Source: a virus
Taxonomy: Duplodnaviria > Caudoviricetes
Length of the DNA stretch: 38,063 bases
Strand: one strand, 5' to 3'
IMG/VR virus record: IMGVR_UViG_3300030372_004293
Coordinates: 1 to 38,063 of that record
The notes under the pieces are model-generated. The model searched no databases and had not been told where the DNA came from. It worked only from the letters and a program-made list of their open reading frames with translations. This document shows positions 1 to 10,600 of the stretch, in pieces (position 1 is the first letter of the stretch; each line of letters begins with the position of its first letter). Made by a program: the position numbers and the translations under genes.

Positions 1-99
1 GATGACGGGTCAGGGTATTACGATGTTGCAAACGCACGTCAATTAGTCGGCGCTACTAGGAGCGTTTTTTCCGCCTATTTCTTGCGATACGGCAGGGGT
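1..99. repeat. Terminal direct repeat (assembly overlap), copy 1
   Basis: 1-98 is identical to 37965-38062; base 99 is T versus G at 38063. Confidence 0.97.
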
Positions 100-1350
100 G
101 GGGCGATTGACAGAAGCACGAGAAGGGAAGATTACCGCATTGGGTCTGTCAGAATTAAAGACCCTCACGGCTCTTCATCTGGCGCTATTAGAAACGGCAT
201 ACTTCTGTTTGATGAGCCAATAGTCCTTCCTGTTGGGTACAAGTTTTCGATGCCTGGAGTTGCTGGCCACACCGTTATCGAAGACCAGGAGACAATACTT
301 GTTCCTGTAAAGATAGCGACGCAGAGTCTTGGCGCTACTGTTCATGGCGTGGATGAGATTCACATAACCATGCAGTTTGACAACACTTTGTGGCAGCCGT
401 TGTTTTCTGCCCCATTTGTTATCTGGCCCATGTTTCCATCCGAAAGGCTTGGGAGCGCTGCTGGATGGTTTACTGGGCCAACGGCAAACATTTCCGAGAT
501 GAGGTGCTACGACAACATAGGTGGCGCTTTAAGCTCATCGGGGAACACTCTCCAGCTTCATTTCTCGGGTGCAGCGGTAGCAGCCAACCTGTGGACTCAT
601 CACCCAAAAATGAACCTGCCTGTAAATCAGATGGCAACTCTGATGTTCTTGCCTTTTGTGAAGAAGATACCGTCAGACGCAAACTCAAGCAGTCTCGGGA
701 TTAGCAATGTCACCTGCACCTACGATGAAGCCAGCGCTGTAGTTTCAAAAACTGCCAATGTTCTTGTGACTAGCAAGACATCGATGGCCCCTGCCACAAG
801 GCACTACAGTAGCTCCAAGGCTCAGGCTGTTGACTGGACGATTAAGTCTGAACCAGCAGCCCTTCAAGAAGGCATTCTCATGCAGGGGAGAGGGCTCTTC
901 ATCCTTATAGAAAACAGGGGCCTTGGTGATAGCACCACTAGCGTCGCTCCATCTACAGCAGCGGGCTTGATGAGCCTTATCTCTGCTGCCGATGGCAAGG
1001 AGTGGGTTGGCCAGATAATAGACACTTCAGAGCTAAACCCCACCCCTGCGCTTCTTAACACTGCAAACAAGCAAACAGTCCTTGAGAGGGTGTTTAGTTC
1101 TGGCTCTGTAGTCCGGCCCCTTTACGGCTCCGCTGATGTGACGTATGGAAATTCATTAGCCCCTGCTACGGGGACGTACATCTGCGGAAGCGCAGAAATA
1201 GATATAGTTCAGATTAGTGAAGCTCAGAAGGGTGAGTCGATCTCTTGGATGCTATACGGGTACGTCACATCTCGTGGTCAGGGGCTGCGCGTACAATCGG
1301 TTAAGGCCGAGGTGACAAAGGCCGGAGAGCGCCGGAGGTATAACCGGTGA
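1..1350 (+). CDS. C-terminal part of tail nozzle/hub protein (continues from 36468 across the junction)
   Basis: Frame 1 is open from base 1 (DDGSGYYDV...) and in frame with the ORF starting at 36468. The joined protein is about 948 aa. The TTG start at 82 in the ORF track is an artefact of linearisation. Confidence 0.85.
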   Translation, partial: DDGSGYYDVANARQLVGATRSVFSAYFLRYGRGGAIDRSTRREDYRIGSVRIKDPHGSSSGAIRNGILLFDEPIVLPVGYKFSMPGVAGHTVIEDQETILVPVKIATQSLGATVHGVDEIHITMQFDNTLWQPLFSAPFVIWPMFPSERLGSAAGWFTGPTANISEMRCYDNIGGALSSSGNTLQLHFSGAAVAANLWTHHPKMNLPVNQMATLMFLPFVKKIPSDANSSSLGISNVTCTYDEASAVVSKTANVLVTSKTSMAPATRHYSSSKAQAVDWTIKSEPAALQEGILMQGRGLFILIENRGLGDSTTSVAPSTAAGLMSLISAADGKEWVGQIIDTSELNPTPALLNTANKQTVLERVFSSGSVVRPLYGSADVTYGNSLAPATGTYICGSAEIDIVQISEAQKGESISWMLYGYVTSRGQGLRVQSVKAEVTKAGERRRYNR

Positions 1351-1934
1351 ACTATCCTGATGAGATGCTGCCCTATGGCGATAGCCCAGTTGGCATGTTT
1401 AACTGGGCGGCAAGAGACCAGTTTAGAAGCTCGTTAAGGGGCTCGGGAACTGAGCCAGTGGGCATGTCTATCGAAGACCTATCTTCAAGGACAAGGCATA
1501 TCCGGCTTGGCAATGGCGAATACTTTGGAGGCAAGCTGTCTAGGCAAGGTTCTGAGCTGCCGATAGTCGTGTCTGGCAACGTGTCTAGAACCATGGTCAA
1601 GTCACCACTCCGTGTAGAAGAGGCTAGCGCTTACATATATGGAGTAACCTTTGTTGCGGCAGGAGACGGGGCACCTGTCTTGGAAATAAGCAACGGAGCA
1701 AGGGTCACAGTTAAGGACTGCGTATTTAGGTTTGTGGGCACAACAGACAACTACACTGTGACGATGGACAGCACGTCCAAGATGGTAATAAGCGGGTGCC
1801 ATTTCTATGGGGGGAAACCTACGCCAAGGATTGTTGATAACCCCGGCGTGTTGGCCAACCTTATTATAGCCACAAGCTACAGGGGCTACGGCTCGGCTTG
1901 GTCTACTAGCTTTTCAGGGATAGGTAACATCTGA
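1347..1934 (+). CDS. Tail-associated protein with short right-handed beta-helix
   Basis: Repeats such as RVTVKDCVFR and KMVISGCHFY resemble parallel beta-helix rungs; GTGA overlap with the upstream gene. Confidence 0.6.
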   Translation: MNYPDEMLPYGDSPVGMFNWAARDQFRSSLRGSGTEPVGMSIEDLSSRTRHIRLGNGEYFGGKLSRQGSELPIVVSGNVSRTMVKSPLRVEEASAYIYGVTFVAAGDGAPVLEISNGARVTVKDCVFRFVGTTDNYTVTMDSTSKMVISGCHFYGGKPTPRIVDNPGVLANLIIATSYRGYGSAWSTSFSGIGNI

Positions 1935-2896
1935 TGGCTTACGTCTGGAAAAACCACCCAAGAAACATTACGGACTACCAGCCGCAAGACGGATGTGTTG
2001 TCGATGCAATGTCTCTTGAAGACGCAATGCAAGACCTGGTGGATTGGGCTAACAACATGCCGCCAGGCTCGATAAGCAACAGGTGGCTAAGCCACACAGC
2101 GTCTGCTGGCTGGTCTCCTGCGTTTCAATATCAAAGCTGGAACGGAACATCTTTTGGCCCAACGACCCTGACCCCGAGGCAGTACCCGTTCTTAAGACAC
2201 CTTAACGCATCAGATGCGTCATCGGTTATCGGGACTACTTTGCCGGACAGGTTTATTAATAGGCAGCGCGTCAAGGGATGCGAGGTGCCTGGCCTTAAAT
2301 CAAACGATGGCGGTGGGAAGAGTTACCAGCTTATCTGGACCGTCCCGTTAGGGTTTCCGTCTGCTGCTATTTTAAGAAGCATAGACCTGACACTCGTTAC
2401 TGACGACTGGCATGGAGACAGGCTGGGAGGGTATAACAATACGTTTGTCTACGATTCCTCTGGCGCGCGAGAAATACCGCAGGGGTACAACGATAAAGAC
2501 CCAATGCAAAACATGTCGTTAGTAGTCCACGTTGACCACCCTCTAGCTTCAGAAAGAAGAAACCTTAACGACGTTGAGGTGGCCATACACAATCTGTCTA
2601 CAGCGGCTGGCGACGGCACTACTTACCCCGCCAGGAGAAGGTCTGTTAGCGCCGTTCAGATTCCTGCGTCAGGGTTTTCAGACATGTCTCCTGCAAAGTT
2701 AGGAGGCTCTCTAGAGGGGATACACATAAGCGAAGAGTTCAACATTCCTCTTCGCCCAGGAGCAAGGGTAAGGATTGCTGTAGTGATACCTGTGGACGGA
2801 GCAGGGGCAACGACTTTCCCAGGGTGGAATACCGATGTCCCTCAACTGACACAGCAGTGGAACCTTAGCTACACCTGGATGGAGGCACTGTCTTGA
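1934..2896 (+). CDS. Putative tail structural protein
   Basis: 320-aa ORF with TGATG coupling, located in the tail module; short N-terminal helix followed by a beta-rich body. Confidence 0.6.
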   Translation: MAYVWKNHPRNITDYQPQDGCVVDAMSLEDAMQDLVDWANNMPPGSISNRWLSHTASAGWSPAFQYQSWNGTSFGPTTLTPRQYPFLRHLNASDASSVIGTTLPDRFINRQRVKGCEVPGLKSNDGGGKSYQLIWTVPLGFPSAAILRSIDLTLVTDDWHGDRLGGYNNTFVYDSSGAREIPQGYNDKDPMQNMSLVVHVDHPLASERRNLNDVEVAIHNLSTAAGDGTTYPARRRSVSAVQIPASGFSDMSPAKLGGSLEGIHISEEFNIPLRPGARVRIAVVIPVDGAGATTFPGWNTDVPQLTQQWNLSYTWMEALS

Positions 2897-4791
2897 GCGA
2901 CACAACCCGAAGCAGGATAGCCAGAGGCAGCAAGCTTTACAGGGAGCACATCGGCAACCCGCTTGTGGCGGTTAGGGATAAGCTCTCTGGCTCTATCGGC
3001 CCCGATGACATGCAGGAGAACATGGGCTCGTTCTGGATTGGCCCGCTAACCATTCCTGCAATAACGTCTACGTTTACAGGCAGGAACCAGAACCTGGTCT
3101 CTTCAGATGATGACATCAGGAACCTGTATCTTATCCCTTTTCTTGTTCCTCCGCTTAGAGATGGGTTTGAGACAGAAAGCGGACAGCCAATTTATAGCGA
3201 AAAGACAAGCCCCGTTACGCTCGATGCCATCTCGTTTGGTTTTGATAACAGGGACGAGCAGGCTCCGATAGCAGACCACAGAAGCGGAGTGGCTATAGGC
3301 TCTGTAAACTACGAAGCTTCTGGCAAGCTGAACTACGACACACCTGACCCGCACCCGTACACCATCTCTCTGTTCTTGTTCCAGAAAGACCAGTACTACT
3401 TTCAGGACAGCGAGCTAAAGGCCGCAACAGGCGTGTACCCTAAAGACAAAGCTTACGCTCCAGGTTCAGAGATTTGGAGGTATGACTTTTCTGGCCTTGA
3501 AGTCCTTATGGAGCAGGGCAAGCCTAACCCGTTTACTGTAAACAGCATCGGGCTAGAGCTGGACAGGTACTCAACCTACACCCTTGGGATTTCTTGCAAG
3601 CTGGGTGTTCCTCACGAGACACTGTTTAAGTCCTTCGCTTTGGTAGGCGCTACCATTGGGCTCAGATGTCTTCACCCTCTTCTCCCTATAGACAAGTCTA
3701 GCGTAACAACTTTTGGACCGCTGGGTGTTCAAAACCAGCCGACAAAGCCGGGGACCTTATTAAGCATTAGCGGTTCTGCGGCAGCGCCAGGAGCCCCGAT
3801 ATCTGCTGACGATGCGTCTAATGGAATCTCTACCTTTATGGGAGCAATCGATGCGGTTGCTGACGAAGGAGTTAGGGGCGGGTTTACCAGAGAGGGTGAG
3901 CCCTGTTTTAACAGGAGCTTGTCTAACGAGGCTTGCTACGAGGTTATCGCTGTCCCTCTTATGCAGAACCGGGCGCGTGGAGGCATTGGTAGCTACACAA
4001 ACGGCGTCGTATCAGACATTAACTATGAGCCCTACATAAACACGTCGGGAATTACGGGAGAGTCGCTTGGCAACATCCTAGAAGATGTTCGAATCATCCC
4101 GATAAAAGCCCCCTTAACAATCCACAACATCTTCTTGGCCTGGAGCTGGGACTACTTTCTTCAAGAGACCGACGCTGCAAGCTTCAAAGAAGTTTACGGA
4201 CACGTCGCGTCTAGCCAAAACATGAAGGTAACGGTTGGCGTTGGGATTGGTGAAGGTATTGGCTCAGACAACGTAAGCTACCAGCAGGTAGCGCTACACA
4301 CCATGAGCGAGCCAATAGCATCGGGCGGGTCTGGAGAGCCAAGCGCTGCTAATTGGGACAAGACTCTTGTTGATAGAATATCAAGCATTGGCGCAGTCAA
4401 TGGGCCCAGCAGGCTTACTGACAACATTTCCCTATGGGGCCATGAGGTTCACCAGATTCCGCTAGTTAAGCCTACTGGTGTGCTGCCAGCAAGCTACAGC
4501 GTTGGAACGTACTACGAGCAAGGCGAGCCATTCTGGGTGTCTAGAGCGTGGACCGGAACAGGCAACTGGCCAGGTGGTTCTGCTGCGCGAACCGACGTTA
4601 ACCTTGCAAGTCCGACCCCAGGTCAAGCCTCTACAGGTGGGCGTGAGACTTTCTTGGAAGTGAGAATGCAGATTACAGACACCGCGGGTAAGCTGATTGA
4701 TTACGGGGCTACCAACAGAGAGGTTGTCTCTGGATATGGCGGCCACTGGCTGTACATAATTGGAAAGAAGAAACTTGTAGGAGACTATTAA
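2893..4791 (+). CDS. Putative tail structural protein, possibly two tandem related domains
   Basis: 632-aa beta-rich ORF with TTGA coupling to the upstream gene. Confidence 0.6.
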   Translation: MSDTTRSRIARGSKLYREHIGNPLVAVRDKLSGSIGPDDMQENMGSFWIGPLTIPAITSTFTGRNQNLVSSDDDIRNLYLIPFLVPPLRDGFETESGQPIYSEKTSPVTLDAISFGFDNRDEQAPIADHRSGVAIGSVNYEASGKLNYDTPDPHPYTISLFLFQKDQYYFQDSELKAATGVYPKDKAYAPGSEIWRYDFSGLEVLMEQGKPNPFTVNSIGLELDRYSTYTLGISCKLGVPHETLFKSFALVGATIGLRCLHPLLPIDKSSVTTFGPLGVQNQPTKPGTLLSISGSAAAPGAPISADDASNGISTFMGAIDAVADEGVRGGFTREGEPCFNRSLSNEACYEVIAVPLMQNRARGGIGSYTNGVVSDINYEPYINTSGITGESLGNILEDVRIIPIKAPLTIHNIFLAWSWDYFLQETDAASFKEVYGHVASSQNMKVTVGVGIGEGIGSDNVSYQQVALHTMSEPIASGGSGEPSAANWDKTLVDRISSIGAVNGPSRLTDNISLWGHEVHQIPLVKPTGVLPASYSVGTYYEQGEPFWVSRAWTGTGNWPGGSAARTDVNLASPTPGQASTGGRETFLEVRMQITDTAGKLIDYGATNREVVSGYGGHWLYIIGKKKLVGDY

Positions 4792-4792
4792 G

Positions 4793-5554
4793 ATGCCTAG
4801 CAGTAGCGAGCTTAAGGATGCAGCAAAAAGAGAAGCCGCCCGAGGCGTCGGGGAGCGCATTAAAGGAGCTTTTGGGAGTAGCGGTAGCGGCAGCGCTAGC
4901 GGCATAAACGACCCAGAGCACAGAGCCAACACGACAACCGAAACGTATCAGCGAGGCAGGCAGGCTCAGAGAGACCTCGAAAAGACTGCTGGCATGGTGC
5001 GTCAGGGCTACGACGCTGCCGTGCGGGAAGTTAAGAGAGGGCAGGAGGCTGCCAGAAGAGCAGCAGAAAAGAAGCACGCGCAGGGCTTGTCTTATACAAT
5101 AGGCCAAGCAGGCGGCAGCCAAAGAGGCGCAGCTCAAGACATGGCGACATCAAACGCCGCGCAAAACCAAGCGTTAGCTGCTGCTGACATTGCTGCTGGA
5201 GGGGCTGGGCAGATTGCTAACCTAAAAATCCAGGGCGGCAAGGACATCTCCCAAGATGCGAGAGACGTAATCCAAAGCAGGATTCACTTGCAAGAGTACC
5301 TTAACAGCATTGCTACGCTGCCTGAGCAAGAGCAGGCAAGACTCAAGCAGAACATAAGCGAGCTAGAAGGGCTGTATTCAGCCCATGGCAAGTACTCTTC
5401 TTTTAGCAGAGAGAAGGTCGCTCAACTCCTTTCCGGAGCTATTACCCAGGAAGAGAAAGACTTTTACCAGTCTGAGTTGGACAGGATTGATAGCAGGATT
5501 CAGGCGCTGTCCAGTAGAGACAATCCGCTTACCCGACTTCCTTACGCCTGGTAG
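4793..5554 (+). CDS. Putative DNA ejection (internal virion) protein
   Basis: Ala/Gln/Gly-rich helical composition; SD AGGAG; first of three ORFs of increasing size after the tail genes, as in podoviruses. Confidence 0.55.
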   Translation: MPSSSELKDAAKREAARGVGERIKGAFGSSGSGSASGINDPEHRANTTTETYQRGRQAQRDLEKTAGMVRQGYDAAVREVKRGQEAARRAAEKKHAQGLSYTIGQAGGSQRGAAQDMATSNAAQNQALAAADIAAGGAGQIANLKIQGGKDISQDARDVIQSRIHLQEYLNSIATLPEQEQARLKQNISELEGLYSAHGKYSSFSREKVAQLLSGAITQEEKDFYQSELDRIDSRIQALSSRDNPLTRLPYAW

Positions 5555-5570
5555 ACATTAGGAGACAACG

Positions 5571-7631
5571 ATGCCTGGGAGAATACTACCGGTCAGGTCT
5601 AACATCAGGGCAGACAGGCCAACGATACGCTGGCAGAGAAGGCAGGACGACAGCCCTGGCTTTATGGAAGTGTTTGGCGACATACACACCGTGCTGTCTA
5701 GCCCTCTGACAGCCCCAATAGCCAGGGGTATGAAGGATGTTTTCGGCAATGACCCCGAGGCTCTTCGTACAAAGGGGTCGGCTGGTACTCCCGAAAGTGC
5801 ACTTACCCAGGGGAAGGATGTTTCTGGTCAGGCTCAGGACATTTCTGGTCAGGCTCAGGACATACTGTCTGGAGACTTTGGACCGAAGCCGGGCCTAAGC
5901 CTTACAGAGCCAGGAATGCTTTCTGGAGCTGGCGCTGGCTTTGGCCTTAGGGGACAGGCTACGCCTCCGATGAGCTTAAATACTGAGTTCCCGCAGGGCT
6001 ACTCGAGCTTCCCAGAATCGCTATCTGTTGGCGAAAGGGCTCCTCTTGCCCCGATGCAGCCCGGCATGCAAACCCCCATTCGGCCTGAAGATTACCAGGG
6101 TGTTTATAGTCAGCCGCCTGTAGATGTAGACGCACTGACGCTTGAGCAAAGCGGCAGACTAATGGACGCAGGAATCCTTAATGACTCAGGGGGGCTACAG
6201 GCGCAGAGAGATATTCGTGATGTTATCGGGCAGACCCCAGTTCTTGACCAGCTAACTAGCTACAGGCCGCCAGAAGAGCTGCTCCAGCAAGCAGCAGCGC
6301 AAGAGCTTGGAATCCCAGACCCGAAGCCAGTCCCAGACATCGCTCCTGCTCCAGAGCTTCCGCCTACGCAGCCTGTTCCAGAAGGGCAGCAAGAGCCCAC
6401 GCCTGAACTGATGGACAAGTACAAAGACATGACTGCAATACAGGCAGCCAGGGCAGCGCTAGAGGAAGGCGCTATTATGCGCGCTGACCTAGACCTTACA
6501 GGCATTGAGAGCTGGAGCCCTGAGCAGATTGCCGCTGCGATACCTGACGCTAACAAGAGCCAGGTTCCGTTCATGACTCAATGGGCTGAGAGAAACACCG
6601 AGCCAGAGTCGCTGCTTGACTGGATTAGCGGAGCGTCTGAGCGCAAAACACGCAAGCTGCTTGCATCTAAGAAGCCTAGCAAGGGCATAGCCCAGTCTGA
6701 AATTATCAGCCTTGCCGCCAAGATACAGGACCTGCGTAGGAAAGAGGGAGAAGACCCGCTTCGCAGAGAAGACATGGCGGCAGGAACCGAGCTTACCAGG
6801 GCCAGAACTGAGAACACGCGAGAAAAGACTAGGAAAATAAAGCGCTACAACGACTGGAAAGAGAAGAGGTATCCGCTTGATGCAAGCGGCAACCCGAACA
6901 CTGGCCGGGTAAGAAGAGATGCCAACACCATCCTGGGCCTTAAGTCTCTAGACGGAGCGACCAATGAGGTTAAAGAGATGGTGCGCCAGGCATACGTTGG
7001 CCTCTCTTTGCGTAGGCCGAGCGAGTTTCCTCCTGTAAACATCTCAAACGACTCTTCGATTTTAAGGTCCGTTCAGGCAGCCCTAACCCCCCCGACCAAA
7101 GTAAGCAAAAATGCCAGGAAGAGTTACGCCTTAACCGAATACAAGAAGCTCGTGTCGATAAGAGAGCCGAGAGTTAAGCCGACGCCGACGAACGAATCTA
7201 GATGGAAGAAGATGCCCGAGGGCGAGAGAGAGTCTCTGATTGCTTATGTGGAGCGAGTACAGAAAAGAAACCCTAGCGCTAAAACGGAAGGCAGCGCGAC
7301 AGAAGTAGCGAGGATGCTCGCCAACACTGGGGTTAAGCCGTCAGCCTGGGCTGCTGAGTTTAAGCCAAAGAAGCCACCAGCACAGACCAAAGCGCAAAAA
7401 GATTCAGCCGCAGCAAGGTCTAGGCTTGAGAGATTAGAAGGAGGAGCCAAAAGGGCCAAGGAGCTTCTCAAGAAAGGAACGCTCACAACGCCAGAAAAAC
7501 AAGAAATTCTAGGCGTCTACCCTAGCACTTCGAAAATTGACGAAGCGAAGAGTATGCTTCGTGGTGACTTAAACCAAGCGAGGTCTGGCGGGCCTGGCGG
7601 GCCTGGGTTTGTGCTGCCGTCAGAGGATTAA
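5571..7631 (+). CDS. Putative DNA ejection (internal virion) protein
   Basis: 686 aa with a Pro-rich acidic N-half and basic helical C-half; SD AGGAG upstream. Confidence 0.55.
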   Translation: MPGRILPVRSNIRADRPTIRWQRRQDDSPGFMEVFGDIHTVLSSPLTAPIARGMKDVFGNDPEALRTKGSAGTPESALTQGKDVSGQAQDISGQAQDILSGDFGPKPGLSLTEPGMLSGAGAGFGLRGQATPPMSLNTEFPQGYSSFPESLSVGERAPLAPMQPGMQTPIRPEDYQGVYSQPPVDVDALTLEQSGRLMDAGILNDSGGLQAQRDIRDVIGQTPVLDQLTSYRPPEELLQQAAAQELGIPDPKPVPDIAPAPELPPTQPVPEGQQEPTPELMDKYKDMTAIQAARAALEEGAIMRADLDLTGIESWSPEQIAAAIPDANKSQVPFMTQWAERNTEPESLLDWISGASERKTRKLLASKKPSKGIAQSEIISLAAKIQDLRRKEGEDPLRREDMAAGTELTRARTENTREKTRKIKRYNDWKEKRYPLDASGNPNTGRVRRDANTILGLKSLDGATNEVKEMVRQAYVGLSLRRPSEFPPVNISNDSSILRSVQAALTPPTKVSKNARKSYALTEYKKLVSIREPRVKPTPTNESRWKKMPEGERESLIAYVERVQKRNPSAKTEGSATEVARMLANTGVKPSAWAAEFKPKKPPAQTKAQKDSAAARSRLERLEGGAKRAKELLKKGTLTTPEKQEILGVYPSTSKIDEAKSMLRGDLNQARSGGPGGPGFVLPSED
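5821..5862 (+). repeat. Perfect 21-bp tandem duplication (SGQAQDI x2)
   Basis: TTTCTGGTCAGGCTCAGGACA occurs twice, in frame. Confidence 0.95.
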
Positions 7632-7635
7632 AGCT

Positions 7636-10600
7636 ATGGCAGAAAAAACTCTTATCGAGTGGCTTTCGGAAGTCGACCAAGCAGCTAAAAAGCAAGGCTA
7701 CAGTTGGTCTGACATTAGCCAGCAAGTAGAGGACCACCTTGGGATTGAAGACCCAACTAGCCTAAGCGAGGAGGACCTCAACCTTCCTGTTAAAATGTAC
7801 ACTCATCCAGAGCTGTACCAGTCCAGCCCAGATAAGGAGATGATGAGGCGTGCAAGCCTTAGCCCCGCAGAAAGGTTTGCCGAAGAAGAGCTGACATCAG
7901 CGCCTATAGAGGGAAGGTCGCCTGCGTTTGACCCTGCTGCTGGGCTAGGCCCCGACGCCTTTGACGCTACATTCCCAGAGGCCGCTCAGATTCACAGCCC
8001 CACAGGCTACGAGTCACAACTAAGGTCTCCCGTTGAAGTCCCCTACGCTGGTGACCTGGGTGTTAGGGAGCTGGCAAGGCAAGAGGCTCTCGGATTAAGG
8101 CAGCAGTCAGACTACATCCCATCCATAAGACGCGGCCTTGAGCAAAGCGAGAGAGAGCTATCTCAGCAAGAAGAAGACAAAGACGGCATTGACCTTGGCT
8201 GGGCAAACGCATTCTGGGCACCTCTTAAGGCTGCCATCAGACTTCCTTCCTGGGGTGCCGGAGGCGTAAAAGCATCGGGAGACCTTGTCCGCTCAAGGAT
8301 AGACCCAGCGATTGATGCGAAAAGGGTGTCGTTTGGAAAGAAAGACCCGCTAGACAAGGGAGTGGCAGCCGGGCAAGCCGGCGCTTACGACACGGCAATG
8401 GCGTTAGCCGGCCTTCCTTCTTTCGGTGGAGTCCGGGCATCTTTAAGGCATGTTCCGCAAGACTGGAAAGGGAAGAGAATCCCATTAGACTTTCAGGTTT
8501 ACACTAGAGAGGGGGGTTACCAAGACGCGGACGATGCGCTAAGGGCTGCTGCTTTTGACGAGTCTAAACTAAAGGATATGAAGGAAGGGCTTCGCGGCGC
8601 AGGCATGCAGGAGCTAGACCCCGAAGATTTGCGGGCGCAAGACGTTGAAGACACGCTGTTTAACAAGAGCTTTAAGGATGCAAAGGCTGCCAATGACATA
8701 CTTATGGCGACCAGAGAGGCAAACGACCTAGGCCCGGTAGCCCAGGAAGCGTTTAACGCTTTAAGCGATTTAGGGGAGATAGCCACAGCCCTGTATGAAC
8801 TTGGAACCTATGGCCTTGGCCTAGACACGGACCCGTTTAACCCTGTAAGAGAAGCAGAGACAGCCTTCGACATGGGCGTCTCGATGGTGTCTGGCGCAGC
8901 CGCAGACGTTGATGACATTGTTCAAGACCTGGGCAGAAAGGCAAGCGCTCAGCCAATAGTCACGTTCCTCACAGTCATGCCCATGTTGCGAGCAGGCGTA
9001 GCTGCCGGCGCTATGTCTAAGACAGTAGCGGCGAACGCACGGAAGTTCGTGGGTAGATACGGGAAGCTTTACGACAACCTTATGAATGCCGCCTCTAAGT
9101 CTGGCGTTCTTGGCGGTGCTGCTCAAGCAGCTAAGATGGCATGGTCAGGAGCTAAAAAGTTTGAGGATGCTGCCTCTACAGCCCTTATTGCTCCGGCTGC
9201 TAAGCTTGCCGGAAAAGCAGCAAAGCCGTTTGTTAGAGCGCTAAACCCTCTTAGCGAATCTGCAACATCCCCTGCGGCTGAAGCTCTTTTAGATAAGACG
9301 GTTAACCAGCGCCAGAATGTTGTAGATGCCGCTGTTGAAATCCTGGCAGAACGACTTGATAGAGAAGGTCTATCTCCAGAGGACCTCGCACCTGTCATGC
9401 CAAGGCCAGGAGAAGGGCCTGCTAGCATACGCTTTGATGAGATTGAAAGCGCCGAAGCTCCCGTGCAGCAGTTTGAAGGTGACGCCCCTGGCGACTTAAC
9501 CCCACACGAAAGGCTTATACCTCCTAATGAAGTGCACCTTCACCAGAAGGCAGAAGGGTGGCCAGAAGGACACAGCCCGATTGAATACTGGGACCTGGCC
9601 AGAGAAGAAGTTCTTCGCGGCAAGAGGATGTCTTACGGTGCCATGGTCGAAGAGACCCCTGGCCCAGGGACACAAGGAAGGGAGTACAAGGTTGTTGTCC
9701 TTCCAGAAGAGATTGCAGCAGCAGAGCGCAGGGGCGTAACCACAACCCAGCACGATGGCGTTTCGTTTGTGAGAGACCAAGACGGCAACGTGGTTCTTGT
9801 ACCAACTAGGCCAGGCATAAAGGTCACCCCGTTGTGGGAAGAGGGCTCTAGACTAAGAGGCATAACTGAAGAAGGTGGCCTCCAAAGCCCATACACAACA
9901 AACCCCACGGGCTCAAGGGCATCGGCTGTCACAGCAAGAGGTAGCCTTGCTTACGACCTAACCTATGGAGGTTACAAAGACTTCATTGAAGGGCACGCTG
10001 GAAGGCCCAGGCTAGCGAGGCGAGAAGGCTCTGAGTACACGGAGAGTTACGGGCAGTCTGCTACCGACCTGTACGATAGCGAAGCCAGAAGACGCGCCAT
10101 GCTTAAGCGCGACATACCTGAGTCTCGCAAACGGCAGCGGCTTAAGGAGCAGAGAAGAAGGGAGGGCGAGCTTGGCGAAGAGGCCGCCGGGTTTGACGAT
10201 GCAGAGCGTATAAGAAGGACCGCCCACCTCGACCCCTCTGTTACAGGGGACGCTAGGTGGCTAACCCAGAGCCAGCTAGACGCTATCAGAAGCGAGGCCC
10301 CACGGGTTGCTGGCGAGCCCGTGATACCAGACAAAGCGCCTCCTCTTGAGGCAGCGTTCGACATACCCCTGCAAAAGTATGTGCTGAAAGACGCAGACGG
10401 GAACGTGGTAAGGCAGGTTGAGCCTGAGCCTGCTGTTCAGCCTGACATGCCTGAGCCTGACGCAGCTCCAAAGCAACCAGAGCGCCTAGACCCTGAGACA
10501 GAAGCGGCATTAGACAGGGCGCTGATAGAGCAGATGCCTCTTCGCCCAGAGGTTGAGCCCACAGGGCAGGGCTCTCTGGCCGAATACAAACCGAAGGAAA

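Noticed and set aside
1-99. Terminal repeat as a biological DTR
   Set aside because: It falls mid-gene and has a k-mer-like length, so it is better explained as assembly overlap.
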